Shown here: piece by piece, positions 1 through 17,252 of the stretch
Layout of the letters: the number at the start of each line of letters is the position of its first letter
Numbering within the stretch: position 1 is the stretch's first letter
Origin: the human T2T-CHM13v2.0 reference genome, Homo sapiens
Assembly (NCBI RefSeq): GCF_009914755.1
Contig: NC_060927.1
Strand: one strand, 5' to 3'
DNA: 64,000 nucleotides
Notes under the pieces: generated by a model
What the model was told of the DNA's origin: nothing
Database searches by the model: none
The model's input: only the letters and a program-made list of their open reading frames with translations
Program-made: the position numbers and the translations under genes

Positions 1-1129
1 TATAATAAATGTGACTAAACTTTTTGAACCAATTTGCATCTCTGTTAAGACATATTTTTGAAACACTAACAAATTTCCCCAATGTCAAACAGTGTAAAAC
101 ATTCATTGACCTGCACAGGTGTGGATTTCTGACCCCGTGACACCCTTTCCTTGGGAAAAAACCAAGAATGTCTCCGCTGAAGAATATCTGCAGAGAATAC
201 ATGGAAACCAATCCTACATTCTCAGCCTGCTCTAGGCCCAGAAAAACAGAAACTGCTATGAGGGCTATTACTAAACATGGAAAGAGGGAAAGATAAAACA
301 GCCACAGAGCCTCGGGAGAAATGAGAGCAGACATCTCAGGAGCTGGCCTGAGACACGCCACCTGGCAGAGTGTTTGTATAGCAGGAAGCCTCAGACCTCT
401 GACCTTCACTGCTAGAGATCTGGCAGTCCAGAGTTACAGCGCTTGGTGTGACCCATTGCCTTTCCCCACCAGCACTAGGGTAACCAGATCATCTCTGTTT
501 GCCTGGGACTTTTTCTGTTTTAGCACTGAAAGTCCCATGTCCCAGAAACTTCTCAGTCCCAGACAAACCTGGACAGTTGATCCTTCTAAGCCCCAGCATG
601 AAAGGTGCTGCTTGCATGGAAGCCCATGCAGCTCACGTCATTCAGAACTGTTATGAGCAAGTGCAGAGTGATGGCTGAAGGCACAGGAGGGGCTAGAGCT
701 AGGCTGAGTTCTGAGACTGTCTCATGAAGGAGGAACTCATGAGAGCTGTGCATGGAGACCAGGTCGGGCTGCACCATAGCACAACTGTCACCCGGGTGAA
801 CACGTGCCAGGGGAGGGCCAGACCAAGGCAGAGCCTTCCCAAGCTGGTTCACAGATTGGCACACACTGAAAACAACATTCTACATTGCACATTTACGCAG
901 GGGACAGGGAGAAAATAATTTTGTTTGGTACAAGTTGTATATGCACCCTCTTCCTTTATATTAAAGATAAATTATTGCATGTGCTGACTATATGATAAAA
1001 ACATAAGCATAACTATAATTGGCTTTCATTTCCATTTTCTGTTTATTTTAATGAATAATGTTAAACACTTATACATACTAAGAAGATAGGCTACTTACAT
1101 GGTTATGGGCTTAAAGGCCTCTGGGGAAA

Positions 1130-1320
1130 AATATATATAATATATTTATAAATAAATATATATTATATATAAAATATAAATATGTAATATAAAATTTATA
1201 TATAAATATATATAATATAAACATTGTATATTATATAAAATATATATCATATAAACATTGTATATAATATATATAATATAAACATCATATGTTATATATA
1301 AATATATATATTATATATAC
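1130..1320. repeat. AT-rich (TA)n-like low-complexity tract
   Basis: Almost pure A/T with interrupted TATATA/ATATAA units, abutting an antisense Alu. Confidence 0.9.
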
Positions 1321-1321
1321 A

Positions 1322-1742
<421 letters not shown>

Positions 1743-1951
1743 GTTTGCTCTATTATTTTTTAAATTTTTGTTTGTCTCTTTTTGTTTGTTGTGTAGTTAT
1801 TAATTTTATGAATCTCCTTAAGGTAAATATTAAGGGATTTTTACAATTTAGATAATAAAATATATTAGTTGTTTGCTATAAACAGTGATATTTCAGATTT
1901 TTGGCTGACTTGGACTCCTGACAGCTGGCAACAGCCCACTGGCTGGTCTGA

Positions 1952-2336
<385 letters not shown>

Positions 2337-2697
2337 CACAAAGAACATTTTTTAAAATGTTCCTCTATTTGCATGAAAGGGCACTGCCTGCTGTGGAAAG
2401 GATGGATCCGGTGCACATTCTATCAACTATGGAGAGTCATGCAGGGAAACAGATTGGTTGCTGTCCAGCTTCCAGGTCATTCTAGTGTCATATTAACTCC
2501 CCTTTCCGAGTGCTGCCCGGGGCCTATTCATGCCTACCCCTCCCCATATGACTCAGGGAGGGGCTCTCTGTACTCTTGGCAGCCAGAGAAAAGCCCATGA
2601 TCTCTGGTGTAGAGATGAAGTGGGCACAATTACATCAAAAGGAGAGAGGGAGAGCTCACTCGTGAAAGCTTTCATTTGGTATAAAGAAACAATCAGG

Positions 2698-3024
2698 GGG
2701 AGAAACGAGATGGGGGTGAAGCTGGAGATATTTCGGATGATAATCTACCTCACTTTCCCTGTGGCTATGTTCTGGGTTTCCAATCAGGCCGAGTGGTTTG
2801 AGGATGATGTCATACAGCGCAAGAGGGAGCTGTGGCCACCTGAGAAGCTTCAAGAGTTAGAGGAATTCAAAGAGAGGTTACGGAAGCGGAAGCGGCGGGA
2901 GGAGAAGCTCCTTCGCGACGCCCAGCAGAACTCCTGAGGCCTCCAAGTGGGAGTCCTAGCCCCTCCCCTGATGAAATATACATATACTCAGTTCCTTGTT
3001 ATTCAAAAAAAAAAAAAAAAAAAA
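2698..3024 (+). pseudogene. PET100P1: Processed PET100 retrocopy (complex IV assembly factor) with intact 75-aa ORF at 2710-2937
   Basis: Intronless MGVKLEIFRMIIYLTFPVAMFWVSNQAEWFEDD...LLRDAQQNS*, short 3' UTR, A20 tail 3005-3024, imperfect TSD AAAGAAACAATCAGG (2683-2697) / AGAGAAAACATCAGG (3024-3038). Confidence 0.93.
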
Positions 3025-3279
3025 GAGAAAACATCAGGAGCAATTGTAGGTTTCTTCAATGGGAAAAATAAGATTAAAACAATATACTTCATTGCTTAAA
3101 CATTTATTAAACAGCCACTATGTGCATGAACTTCAGGAGGCACTGGGAAACCAGGGATACCCAGAGCCCAGCTCCTACACAGAGGAGTCCAGCCAGTGCA
3201 GGGTGGGGTGCAGGCCGTGCTCCAGCCTGTCCTCCGCAGCAGATCCCTGAGCTCAGACTCCTCCCAACACACAGCTTAA

Positions 3280-4182
<903 letters not shown>

Positions 4183-4695
4183 CTGGTTCTGGTTTTCTCC
4201 ACTCCTGCAGCATGGTTTTCATCACCTTCTCCCACCTCCCCTTCCTCCTCCTTCACACACATTCTTCTTTGAAAATGTCATCACCACCTCCTCTATGTAT
4301 GGCACGGAACCAGACCCTGGCCACCGCTGTTTATAGCAAGAGAAGCGGACCATAGTAGAGGAGCTGTGCCAAGCAGGCCCTGTGCTCTCAGGACAGCAGT
4401 AAGTTGTAGCTGCTCCAGACCTGACACGTGTGCTCTGAAAGGTGACTTCATTCCTTGTTGATGAATGCATCTGAATGGAAAGTGTTAGAATGATAGGAAC
4501 TTTAAGTCACACACTTATTTTAGTATTTAACAAAATGCCTCGGCTAAGGAAAAAACTAAACAATTGAGGCAATTGCAAAAAATCAAAGTCTGACAACCTC
4601 ATGGTTATAGCCCTGTTTCCAGAGTAGTAGGCCCCCTGGCTCTGCCCTTGTGCACCCCAAAACAGCCTGGCCTGTAAGTGGAAAAGTACATGTGG

Positions 4696-4697
<2 letters not shown>

Positions 4698-4731
<34 letters not shown>
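4698..4731. repeat. (TG)n microsatellite
   Basis: About 17 uninterrupted TG units. Confidence 0.95.
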
Positions 4732-4734
<3 letters not shown>

Positions 4735-5966
4735 GAGACACCATCAGAGAGTGGCAGGGCAGAGACAGAACTTAGGCTCGTAGCTGCTGGTGGGTTAGAA
4801 TTTCTACTTGGGTGGAGCTCAGGTAGCCTGGCCGGTGGTGAGGTGGACTGACATGTCACAAAGTGGCGCTCACATAGCATTTTATGTTCAACTGAGAAAA
4901 CACCAGTCATTCATAGCAAAGGAAGGGAAGTGCTGACGGAAATTAGGGTGCCCTAGGCCCCATCCCCATCCACTCCAGGTCACCCTGTATGCCCCGATTC
5001 CCTGCTCGGGTTCTCTGGTCAATAATTTTTCCCTGGACACTGAATAACAAAAGGACTTTGAACTTACACTTCATTACATCAGAAAGTCACTGAACCTTGA
5101 CCTGTTAGTTTTGGATTTTCTACCAAGAGATAATGCTGCCGCCCCTCTTTACAATCTCCTCTTTACATGTCGTCTCTGTTGGTTTAAACTGTCCTTGGTA
5201 ACCATTTCCTATCCCTTCTTAAATGTGACGTTCCCAAATTTCTTTTGGTTAAGGGTTGTATTCTCTGTTCACTTTTCAGAATATGCTGTGTTTTAGTATA
5301 CAGTGAGTGGACATTGTTTTTTAGCAGTGATCAAATGACATAGGAACTATGAGAGGACCACTCCCTTCTTCAGGGCGTGACTGCCTGCCCTGGGCACTGC
5401 TGCCTTCTCCTAGACACTGCGGCCTGTTGCTGGGCACTGCTTCCTCGACCCGGGCACTGCCCGGCTACTGGACCCTGCCCTCTCCTGCCCCAGCTGAGGC
5501 CACGGAGCACCCAGGGCCATCCAGAGCTCTGTGCAGACTGTAGAGGAAGGCCTCTTTTCTCTGCTGTGTTACAAGCTGTCAACAGGCATCAAAACAGAGA
5601 TACCTGAACTTCCTGGGGTCCTCTAGGGACAGTCTCTTCAGTTCTTATTTGTAACAGAACTTGGATATGAGTTCAAAGTAGGGCTGAGCCAGAAGCCAAA
5701 ACTAAGCAACACTCTTGTTGTTCCCATTGATCACGGAGGCTCTGTTACCAGGCCAGGCCTGTTGGTCCTGACTCTCCAGCCCTACTGCAGGTGGTCCGTC
5801 CCACTAGTTCCCAGAGAGCAGCAGCACAGCTTGGAGGAGGCTGAGGCTCTGGGACTGCACAAAACATACTAGCTATCTATGCAACTCTGTCCTGTTTAAT
5901 TCAGGAGCGGGAGCTGAAACTTTTAGAAGCTATGGGACACATATTGGAAAAGAAAAATCAAAGCTT

Positions 5967-6281
<315 letters not shown>

Positions 6282-6774
6282 TCAAAGCTTGTTGAGCAAG
6301 TGGCAAGGTTCAATATTTATGCAAATCTAAGGAATACAACAACATGTACATTGGCACGTCATTCACAATATGCTGAGTTAATATAAGTGATGACAGTCAT
6401 ATGTTCATAGACATACAATTTCAAATGCAAATTTTAGGATAGTCAGTTGAGGGTAGAAATTGTGAGATTTTTAAAAGAAAAATGCCTTTTTCATTTTATG
6501 TTGTTTCTCATCTGTGTCACTATGGTATGACTCTAGGTGATTTTGTAAGAGCCAACACTTGCACTGTTTTCTGAACAACTCCAGGCTTCTGTTTGGGGAA
6601 ACCCACCCTGAGGGAGTGAAGCAGGAGTTGTCGCACTGTGGGGCACACGACACAGGGCAGGATTTGGATCCTGGTCAGAATTCTGCCTCTACCTCTTGCC
6701 AGCTGTGCAAATCCCTACACAGAAGTTGTGATATAAAAGATCAAGAGAGCAAGATAGATGATGAGAATTGTATA

Positions 6775-6988
6775 TTTTTTCTTTTCTCTTCCTTCCTTCG
6801 TTTCTCTTTCCTTCCTTCCTTCCCTCTTCCTTCCTTTCTTCCCTCCCTCACTCCCTCCCTTCCTTACTTCCTTCCTTCCCTCCCTTCCTTCCTTCCTTCC
6901 TTCCTTCCTTCCTTCCTTCCTTTCTTTTTCTTTCTTTTCTTTCTCTCTCTCCCTTCCCTTCCCTTTTCTTTTCTTTTCTTTTCTTTCC
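6775..6988. repeat. (TTCC)n/(TTTC)n polypyrimidine tract
   Basis: C/T-rich low complexity followed by a degenerate Alu fragment. Confidence 0.92.
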
Positions 6989-7189
6989 ATGTTTTGCTAC
7001 ATTGCACAGGCTGGACTCAAACTCCTGGGCTCCTAGTAGTCTCATCAGCTACTAGATACTCCTAGAAGCTGGTGATACTATAGGCACATGCCATGACACC
7101 AAGCTTGATAGGGATTCTTAATTGATTTTTCCCTTGGTCTGTATTTGATCTATTATTTGACCTGTTTTAAGTATTTTTCTTTTATTTAA

Positions 7190-7806
<617 letters not shown>

Positions 7807-8394
7807 TGACCATATTTTCAATTTAAAATTTCTGATTCTTTAAAAAATCTGCTTTTCTCCAGCTGTGCCTTGAGGTTTCGATGAATAACATGGCTGGATT
7901 TAATTTATTAGTTGGGCAGGCACCTAGCAGAGTGGTAATTGGAAGAAAGGATTTTAAAGACCTTGAAAAAGGCTCCCTATAGAAAGGCCACCTGAGCATG
8001 GCATTCCTGTGGAAGGGCCTAGATGTGAGCAGCTCAAGAGCAGACTCCAGGTTCACAAGGATTTCTACCATTCCCTAAGCAAAGTCCATACTCCTACACC
8101 TCGACTTTGCCAACATATTCCTTCCAACCGATAGCCGTACTCCCATTTCTATCTATCCAAATCCTGCCCATCCTTCAGGGTCAAATTCAAAGTGTCCCCT
8201 GTCCACAACACCTTCTTTCCTCTCCCCCTGTCCACCCTCAGCTGGAAATGATCCACTCCCCCCACCCCACCCCCACTCTCCTGCAAATGCCTACAGCACT
8301 TGGTTCCTCTAACGTACTAGTTATGATTAATGACTGGCTATATGATTTACATGGCCCAATGCAAGATGAAAACCCAGGGCCCTTGCTAAAAATT

Positions 8395-8702
<308 letters not shown>

Positions 8703-9465
8703 TTATACTTGCAGACTCCAATGGGAAGCTGAAAGTCCACTGGGCAAACACAATCTTTTAAATGCCTACGGAATCCCCTCCCAGGGAAGCTTCTGAGCTG
8801 CTCGCCTCTCCTTCCTCAGCCCTGTTTCATTGTCCCAGCACCTCTGTGCCTGCTTCTCCACCTTGCAGGAAACTTAGCTGTGTACTCGCATCCTGAGCCC
8901 CAACCAGCCACTCTGACCTATGCCTACTGCCTTCTTCTCTTTGAGTCCTGCCTCATTGGGTTCCCTGAGTTGGCCGCTGTTCCTTGTAGCACAAAGAATG
9001 GGGAAAGATTGATCGGTTACTTTCCTACAGTACCACTATCCCCCTTTTGTTCCGGTTCCTCTTGTTACAGGAAGTTGCCGACACACAACCCTCTCTTTGC
9101 CAGCCTGTTGATGGAAAAAGATGTGACCTCTAGCACTGTTTACCTGTTATATTTCTACCGTCTGAGTAAGTGGTAATATAGCCGCTTACCTGATGCCAGG
9201 AATGCTAAGCATACCGTATTACTTAATGCTCTCATTAGTCCTTTGAAGTATACATTGCTGCTATTCCTTTTACAGAAGGATAAAATGAGATGCAGTGAGT
9301 TAAGTAATTTGCCTGAGTTGTTAAAGCTAAGGAACCCTTACTCTTAGCCACCAGGATGTATCGCTTCTAGAGACAGGCCACTCGAAGGCAAAGACCGTAT
9401 CTTGGTCTTTAGTGTTCCCTATATTGCCTCTTTGTGCTCTCAGTCCTAGTGTATTATTAGAGCTA

Positions 9466-9792
<327 letters not shown>

Positions 9793-10135
9793 TTATTGAT
9801 ACCTTACCCTGTGCCAGGCCCTACGCTGAGCATTTTGCAAATGTTATCTCACTAAATTTTCAGCTCATCTCTACTAGCCAGGTTTTACTGCCCGTATTTA
9901 ACAGATGAAGAAACAAAGGCAGAGCCAGATTTAATCTCTAGTTAGGTCACATAGCAAGTAAATAGTGGCACCAGGGTTTGGACTTGGGTCTATCCTGATT
10001 CTCCATGTAAGCTCCCTCATCAGGTTGCTCCCACACCTCTTCCTCCCACCCATCCAGCCTCTCTCCATCTTACCCTTACCTTCCTGCAAGTATCCATCCT
10101 CCCACGCCTCAGTCTCCATTAGAATCTGAATTCTG

Positions 10136-10438
10136 GCAGGGCGCGGTGGCTCACGCCTGTAATCCCAGCACTTTGGGAGGTCAAGGCAGGCAGATCACCT
10201 GACGTTAGGAGTTCGAGACCAGCCTGGCCAACATGGTGAAACCCCATCTCTACTAAAAATATCAAAAATCAGCCGAGCGTAGTGGCGGGCACCTGTACTG
10301 TAATCCCAGCTACTCGAGGCTGAGACAGGAGAATCGCTTGAACCCAGGAGGTGGCGAGATTGTGCCACTGTACTCCAGCCTGGGTGAGAAGAGCAAAACT
10401 CCGTCTCAAAACAAAACAAAACAAAACAAAAACAAAAG
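10136..10438 (+). mobile_element. AluS with (AAAAC)n tail
   Basis: Full Alu; flanking AGAATCTGAATTCT / AGAATCTAAATTCT TSD. Confidence 0.92.
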
Positions 10439-12423
10439 AATCTAAATTCTGGAGGCTCAATCTGTTGTTTAACCTACCAAATGATCTCGCTGCCTGTTGC
10501 ATAATCCCAGCACAGACAGAAAACTGCCCACATTAGCTGCCCTGTCCCTGTGATCTGCACCTTCTCAATTTCAATTTGTCTCCTTTTACTATTCTAACAA
10601 GAGCATGAGAGGCAAAGACTGCCCATATCCTCAAGTGTATTCAAGAGATCAGACAACAAAGAGTGAAGAAATGCTACAGCCAAGAGCCATGCCAGATCCA
10701 AGCAGAGTAGGAGGCTTAGTCCCCTCTTATGGGTCTTCCATTAGCCTCATATATTTTCCCTCTCAACATTCAAGAAGTCTCATCAAGGTAGTCTATGGAG
10801 AAGAAGGACTTGTTTGTTGGTTTCATTGTTAATCTTTCTGAGGGTCCAGATATGCCTCTGAAAACCAAGAGAACCCCTCCTGTCCTGCCAGTAGCAGCTG
10901 GCTAATCTTCATCCTGTAATTGTTGAATTGTCCACATGTACACACATGTGCATGCACCAGATCACACCCACTCAGAGAGCTAAGAATTAATTTCACTCCT
11001 AATCACAGGATGATTCATCCTATTATTTAATCATTGGTGCTAGTCTTGCCTGGTCAATAGGATGATGATGTAGTCTCAAAACTAATTCACCTGAGAAGTA
11101 TGTAAAGGAATAGGGATATTGGAGGCCAGAGAAGGAAAACAAGATACAGCACAGATGTCTCTAAATACCTGAAGCATAATATAGAGACCAGGGATTTAGT
11201 CTGTATAGTGTTTTAGTTCGGGTAACTCCCGAGGGCAGAATCTGGGTTTGTTGGTCAGGTTACAAGGCAGGCAGGGAAATCTCTTAGTAATCAGTGTGAA
11301 GCAACAATGGAATGGGCTGCAGGAGTGGGAGAGAGGCCCTCATATCTCCACATCCTCAAGCAGACACCAAACACTGGAAGGAAGCTCTGCATTGAGTGAT
11401 GGGCTGGTCCAGAGCAACCCCGTCAGTGATCAGGTTTGGGGCCCAACTGTGCTGGGCAGGAGGCAGGTGCTGGAAATCAAGGGTAAATAAGGCATGGACA
11501 CTGCTGTCATCTGGAGACCCTTCCACCTCAGGGACTGTGCTCCTCAGGCTGAGGGCAAGAACCACAGCTTACACTTCCCTCGTGTGTTCACAATAGTTGT
11601 ATGGCATCAGACCCAACAGTGAACACCCAGAAGACAAGAATTATACCTTCCATTTGTGTTTCCTTAGCACCTAGCACAATGTCCAAGAAACAGTTTTGAA
11701 GTTAAGGAATGTGTCCAGAGAATACCCAATATGTGTCAATAAATGGATCCACAGAATCTTCAATATTGACTCATTGTTGAAAGGACCCATTTTAATCCCA
11801 ATAGCCTGCATGATGGATAAAGAAGTGCCTAAATGTAATAAGGAGCAATGAATTACTTGACTCCAGTGGCCTCTGTGTAACCTTCACTGGTAAGGCCATG
11901 GCTTTTCTGAAAATCTCCGTGACCAAGGACATCAGCAAGCATAGCACAGGGCTCATTAGAAGAAGATGATTTCACCTGCCATCTTCCTTCTTGTCTGAAG
12001 AGTGCCACTCACTCGCCTTGCTTTGAAGACATCAAAGTCTGGTGACAGAAACCAGCAGGAAAGATGGATGTGACTATATGCATTGACTACCATTTTCCCT
12101 GAAAAACATCTGACTAGAAACAGTGTAATCATTTACCCTTTATTTACCTTCTAAACCTGAAATAGAGATAACTTTAAGACCGGCTGAGTCATTGCTAAAG
12201 TCAACAAGTCAAAGTGTTTTTTGGAAAAACTAAGATCCAGATATTTTCTACTGACTGAAATTATGGGCACAAACTAACTTTTAAATTATTTAATTGTTGA
12301 CCAAACTCAATACATTTTTCTATTCCTTTCTTTTTTATATTTTACATTTTTATTTTCATATCAACAAGATTGAGTTTGAATCAGTTTTCTTTTCTAATAT
12401 AGCAACATGCAGCCATGTTTTCT

Positions 12424-12771
12424 TTTTTATTATTACTATACTTTAAGTTCTAGGGTACATGTGCACAAGGTGCAGGTTAGTAACATATGTATACATGTGC
12501 CATGTCGGTGTGCTGCACCCATTAACTCATCATCTACATTATGTATTTCTCCTAATGCTATCCCTCCCCCCTCCCCCCACCCCACGACAGGCCCCGGTGC
12601 GTGATGTTCCCCACCCTGTGTCCAAGTGTCCTCATTGTTCAATTGTTCAATTCCCACCTATGAGTGAGAACATGCGGTGTTTGGTTTTCTGTCCTTGCAA
12701 TAGTTTGCTCAGAATTATGGTTTCCAGCTTCATCCGTGTCCCTACAAAGGACATGAACTCATCCTTTTTTA
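12424..12771 (-). mobile_element. 5'-truncated L1PA 3' end (~350 bp) with perfect 17-bp TSD
   Basis: Antisense L1 3' UTR (TATACTTTAAGTTCTAGGGTACATGTGCAC...); TSD ATGCAGCCATGTTTTCT at 12407-12423 and 12772-12788. Confidence 0.93.
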
Positions 12772-13189
12772 ATGCAGCCATGTTTTCTATTCTCAAGAAT
12801 AATGATTTACTCAATTTAGTGTCTAGCAGGAGACTGGTGTCTAGCAGCCAACCTCCTCAGCTTTTCTTGGGTCCCTTATACTTTTGGTTTGGAGTTAATA
12901 CAGAAATAAAGTGATTGGGCTAAATCCAGGCCCTTCCATTTTCTTGGCGTGTGATGTGGTCAAGTTCCAGAACCTCTCAGCCTTTTTTCCCTCTGTAAAG
13001 GAGGAAGGATAAGAATAGTTCAGCTCTCATGCCTTTTATGAATAAGTCAGTAACAGGAGCTATGATGATGCTGTTTTCCTGAGCAGGTGCTGTTCCAGGC
13101 CTGGAAAGCTCAAATCTCCCCATTTCTTTAACCGTGAAGTGATTCTCTTATAAGACAGAATGTTTAAGTGAGTGTCAAGGCCACACTAA

Positions 13190-13912
<723 letters not shown>

Positions 13913-14887
13913 TAGGTCCTGCTTATCAGGGCAGCGTTGGAGGAAGGCTTGCAGAGCCCTTTTTCCACCCCAAAAGATGGAGCCATTACTTATGGTCATT
14001 TTTGCCACCTGCGGTTGGGCCCACATCTCCCAACTTTGGTGCTGAGTACAAGGGGCTCTTCCTAATTATGGGTTGATGACTTCCAGGGTGCTTGGTGCTA
14101 AGTTACTTTCACAAGAAACCAGATGGGTCCTTGGACAAAGGTAATTTGCTTTCATTCACTGGTGCTTTGCATTGGCGAAGTAAATCCCAACCTGTCTCCA
14201 CAGGAAAATATGATAATTTGTATAATAATATTATGATAGTTTCATATATTAACATAAAGTTCTTTGCTGATCAGGCATTGCCGGACTAAATGAGTCAAGA
14301 TGAGCTCCTCCAGAGCATGTGGTTCTCATCACTCTGTGTCCAGGCATCTGATAACACAGATAGTAGGTGCTCAATAAATGTTTGTTCATTGAACATATGA
14401 ATGAAGAAACACCCAGTCTTTGAGTGAAATTAATACCCAGTCTATCAGGGCCTAGGCCCTTTAAGTACCAGAAAGGGCAGAGCCATGAACCTGACCTAAT
14501 GATTTAAAAACCAACCACTGCTATTTCCTCCCTACAGAAACCAGTTGTCCTTCTGGCTTTTGCTGACAGGCACTTTTTCATCTTCTGTTTTGTGAGAGGC
14601 TGGTTTCTAGCTATCACCTTAGCTCTTGCTGCCTGACGGGATATTTCATATCTTTCTATATCTATCCTCTCCCTCCTATACCCACATCCACTAATGGAAC
14701 CAACCTCTGAGAAACTCTGACCCTGAGCTCTGACCCTGGTGATCTTTGTTGTTGTGGCTCCTGGCCTGCAACTATAAACACTGAATTCTGCCTTGGAATA
14801 GTTTAAATACAACACTTGCCCTAGTGGCTCCCTGGCAAAGAGTCCTTTTGACAAATTCAGGAACCCTGGTGCCATCCTTAGCTGCTG

Positions 14888-15309
14888 CTCTACTTTGGAT
14901 GTTTGTCCCCCCACGTCTCATGTTGAAATGTAATCCCCAATGTTGGAGGTGGGGCCTAATGGGAGGTGTTTGGGTCATGGAGACAGATCCCTCATGAAGG
15001 GCTTGGTGCCATCCTGGTGGTAATGAATGAATTCCTGCTATATTATTTTCCGTGAGAGCTGGTTGTTAAAAAAAGAAAGAAAGAAAGAAAAAGCCGGGCA
15101 TCTCTCCTCTCTCTCACCAAGAGCTTGCGCACGCCAGCTCTTCTTTGCCTTCCGCCATGAGTGGAAGCAGCCTATAGCCCTCACCAGAAGCAGATGCCGG
15201 TGTCATGCTTCTTGTACAGCCTGCGAACCATGAGCCAAATAAACCTCTTTTCTGTATAAATTACCCAGCCTCAGGTTTTTCTTTATAGAAACACAGATGG
15301 ACTAAGACA
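14888..15309 (+). mobile_element. MST-type (MaLR) solo LTR
   Basis: TTTGGATGTTTGTCCCC...AATGTAATCCCCAATGTTGGAGGTGGGGCC...AATAAACCTCTTTTC...GGACTAAGACA, recognised from memory of the MSTA/MSTB consensus. Confidence 0.8.
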
Positions 15310-16253
15310 GCTGCCATCTTGAGATTTCTGCCATCAGCCACACAAGGGTTGCACCCAGCAAGCACTGCCCGGCACCCTGCTGCCATCTCCTGGAGATTGT
15401 TGATCCTCTCCTGCTCCTTAGACTGTTGGGCCTGCTCTCCTTGACCAGTTCTAACAAGCCCTTGATATCCTCAATACACTATCAGCCATCATAGTGTGAA
15501 TGGAATGAGGATTATTTTATTGCTGTGATGTGAGCCTCATAGAAAAATGCACAGAAAAGTAACTAAAATAATGCAGCAAAGGACCAGAAAATGGAGGAAA
15601 TGCCTATCTCCTACTGATATGCAAAGAAGCTGGAGCCAGTTGGATCAAACTGACCCAAGATTACTCATGAGTATATGTATTCAGCACGTGAAGATCACTC
15701 ATGAGTCCCATATACATTTGGCAAGTGAGAATCTTTTAAAGTTTAAAACTGGTGTCATCAGGCACAGGGAACTACCCATTGGCACTAATGCTACAGCCAT
15801 CTTGGAAAACATACCAAAATATCATCTATTTTCTTCCTCATTTCCAGTAAGTAAATGGCAACATTTCTTTCTAAGGAAACTGAAAAAATCTAAGGGATCA
15901 TTTTACTCAGCTTGATACCAAAGTTATTTTAGTTTATAAGTATTAGACATATGGAGTAGCTGTGATAAAAGCAAAGATATTCATAAATTACATTTTTAAA
16001 AAAGAATTCTGAGAGTGTTCACATATCTAAGTTCCCACAAAAGTCAGCATGAAAGCAGTAACAGAGGAAAAGAGAAAACAGCTGAGCTGACATCACACAA
16101 CAGCTAAATGGAAGGGGGATAAATTGGCATAGCCAAATAGACTATTTGACTATAAAAATTAAGAGCTTTAAAAATGTGCAAATCATTAGAATCAATAATT
16201 TTACTTCTAAAAATCTATCCTGAAAAAAAGAATCAAAAGCCAAAGATTCCTAA

Positions 16254-17252
<999 letters not shown>

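Noticed and set aside
5392-5460. Three copies of GGGCACTGC
   Set aside because: Short and irregularly spaced in GC-rich DNA; no evidence of function
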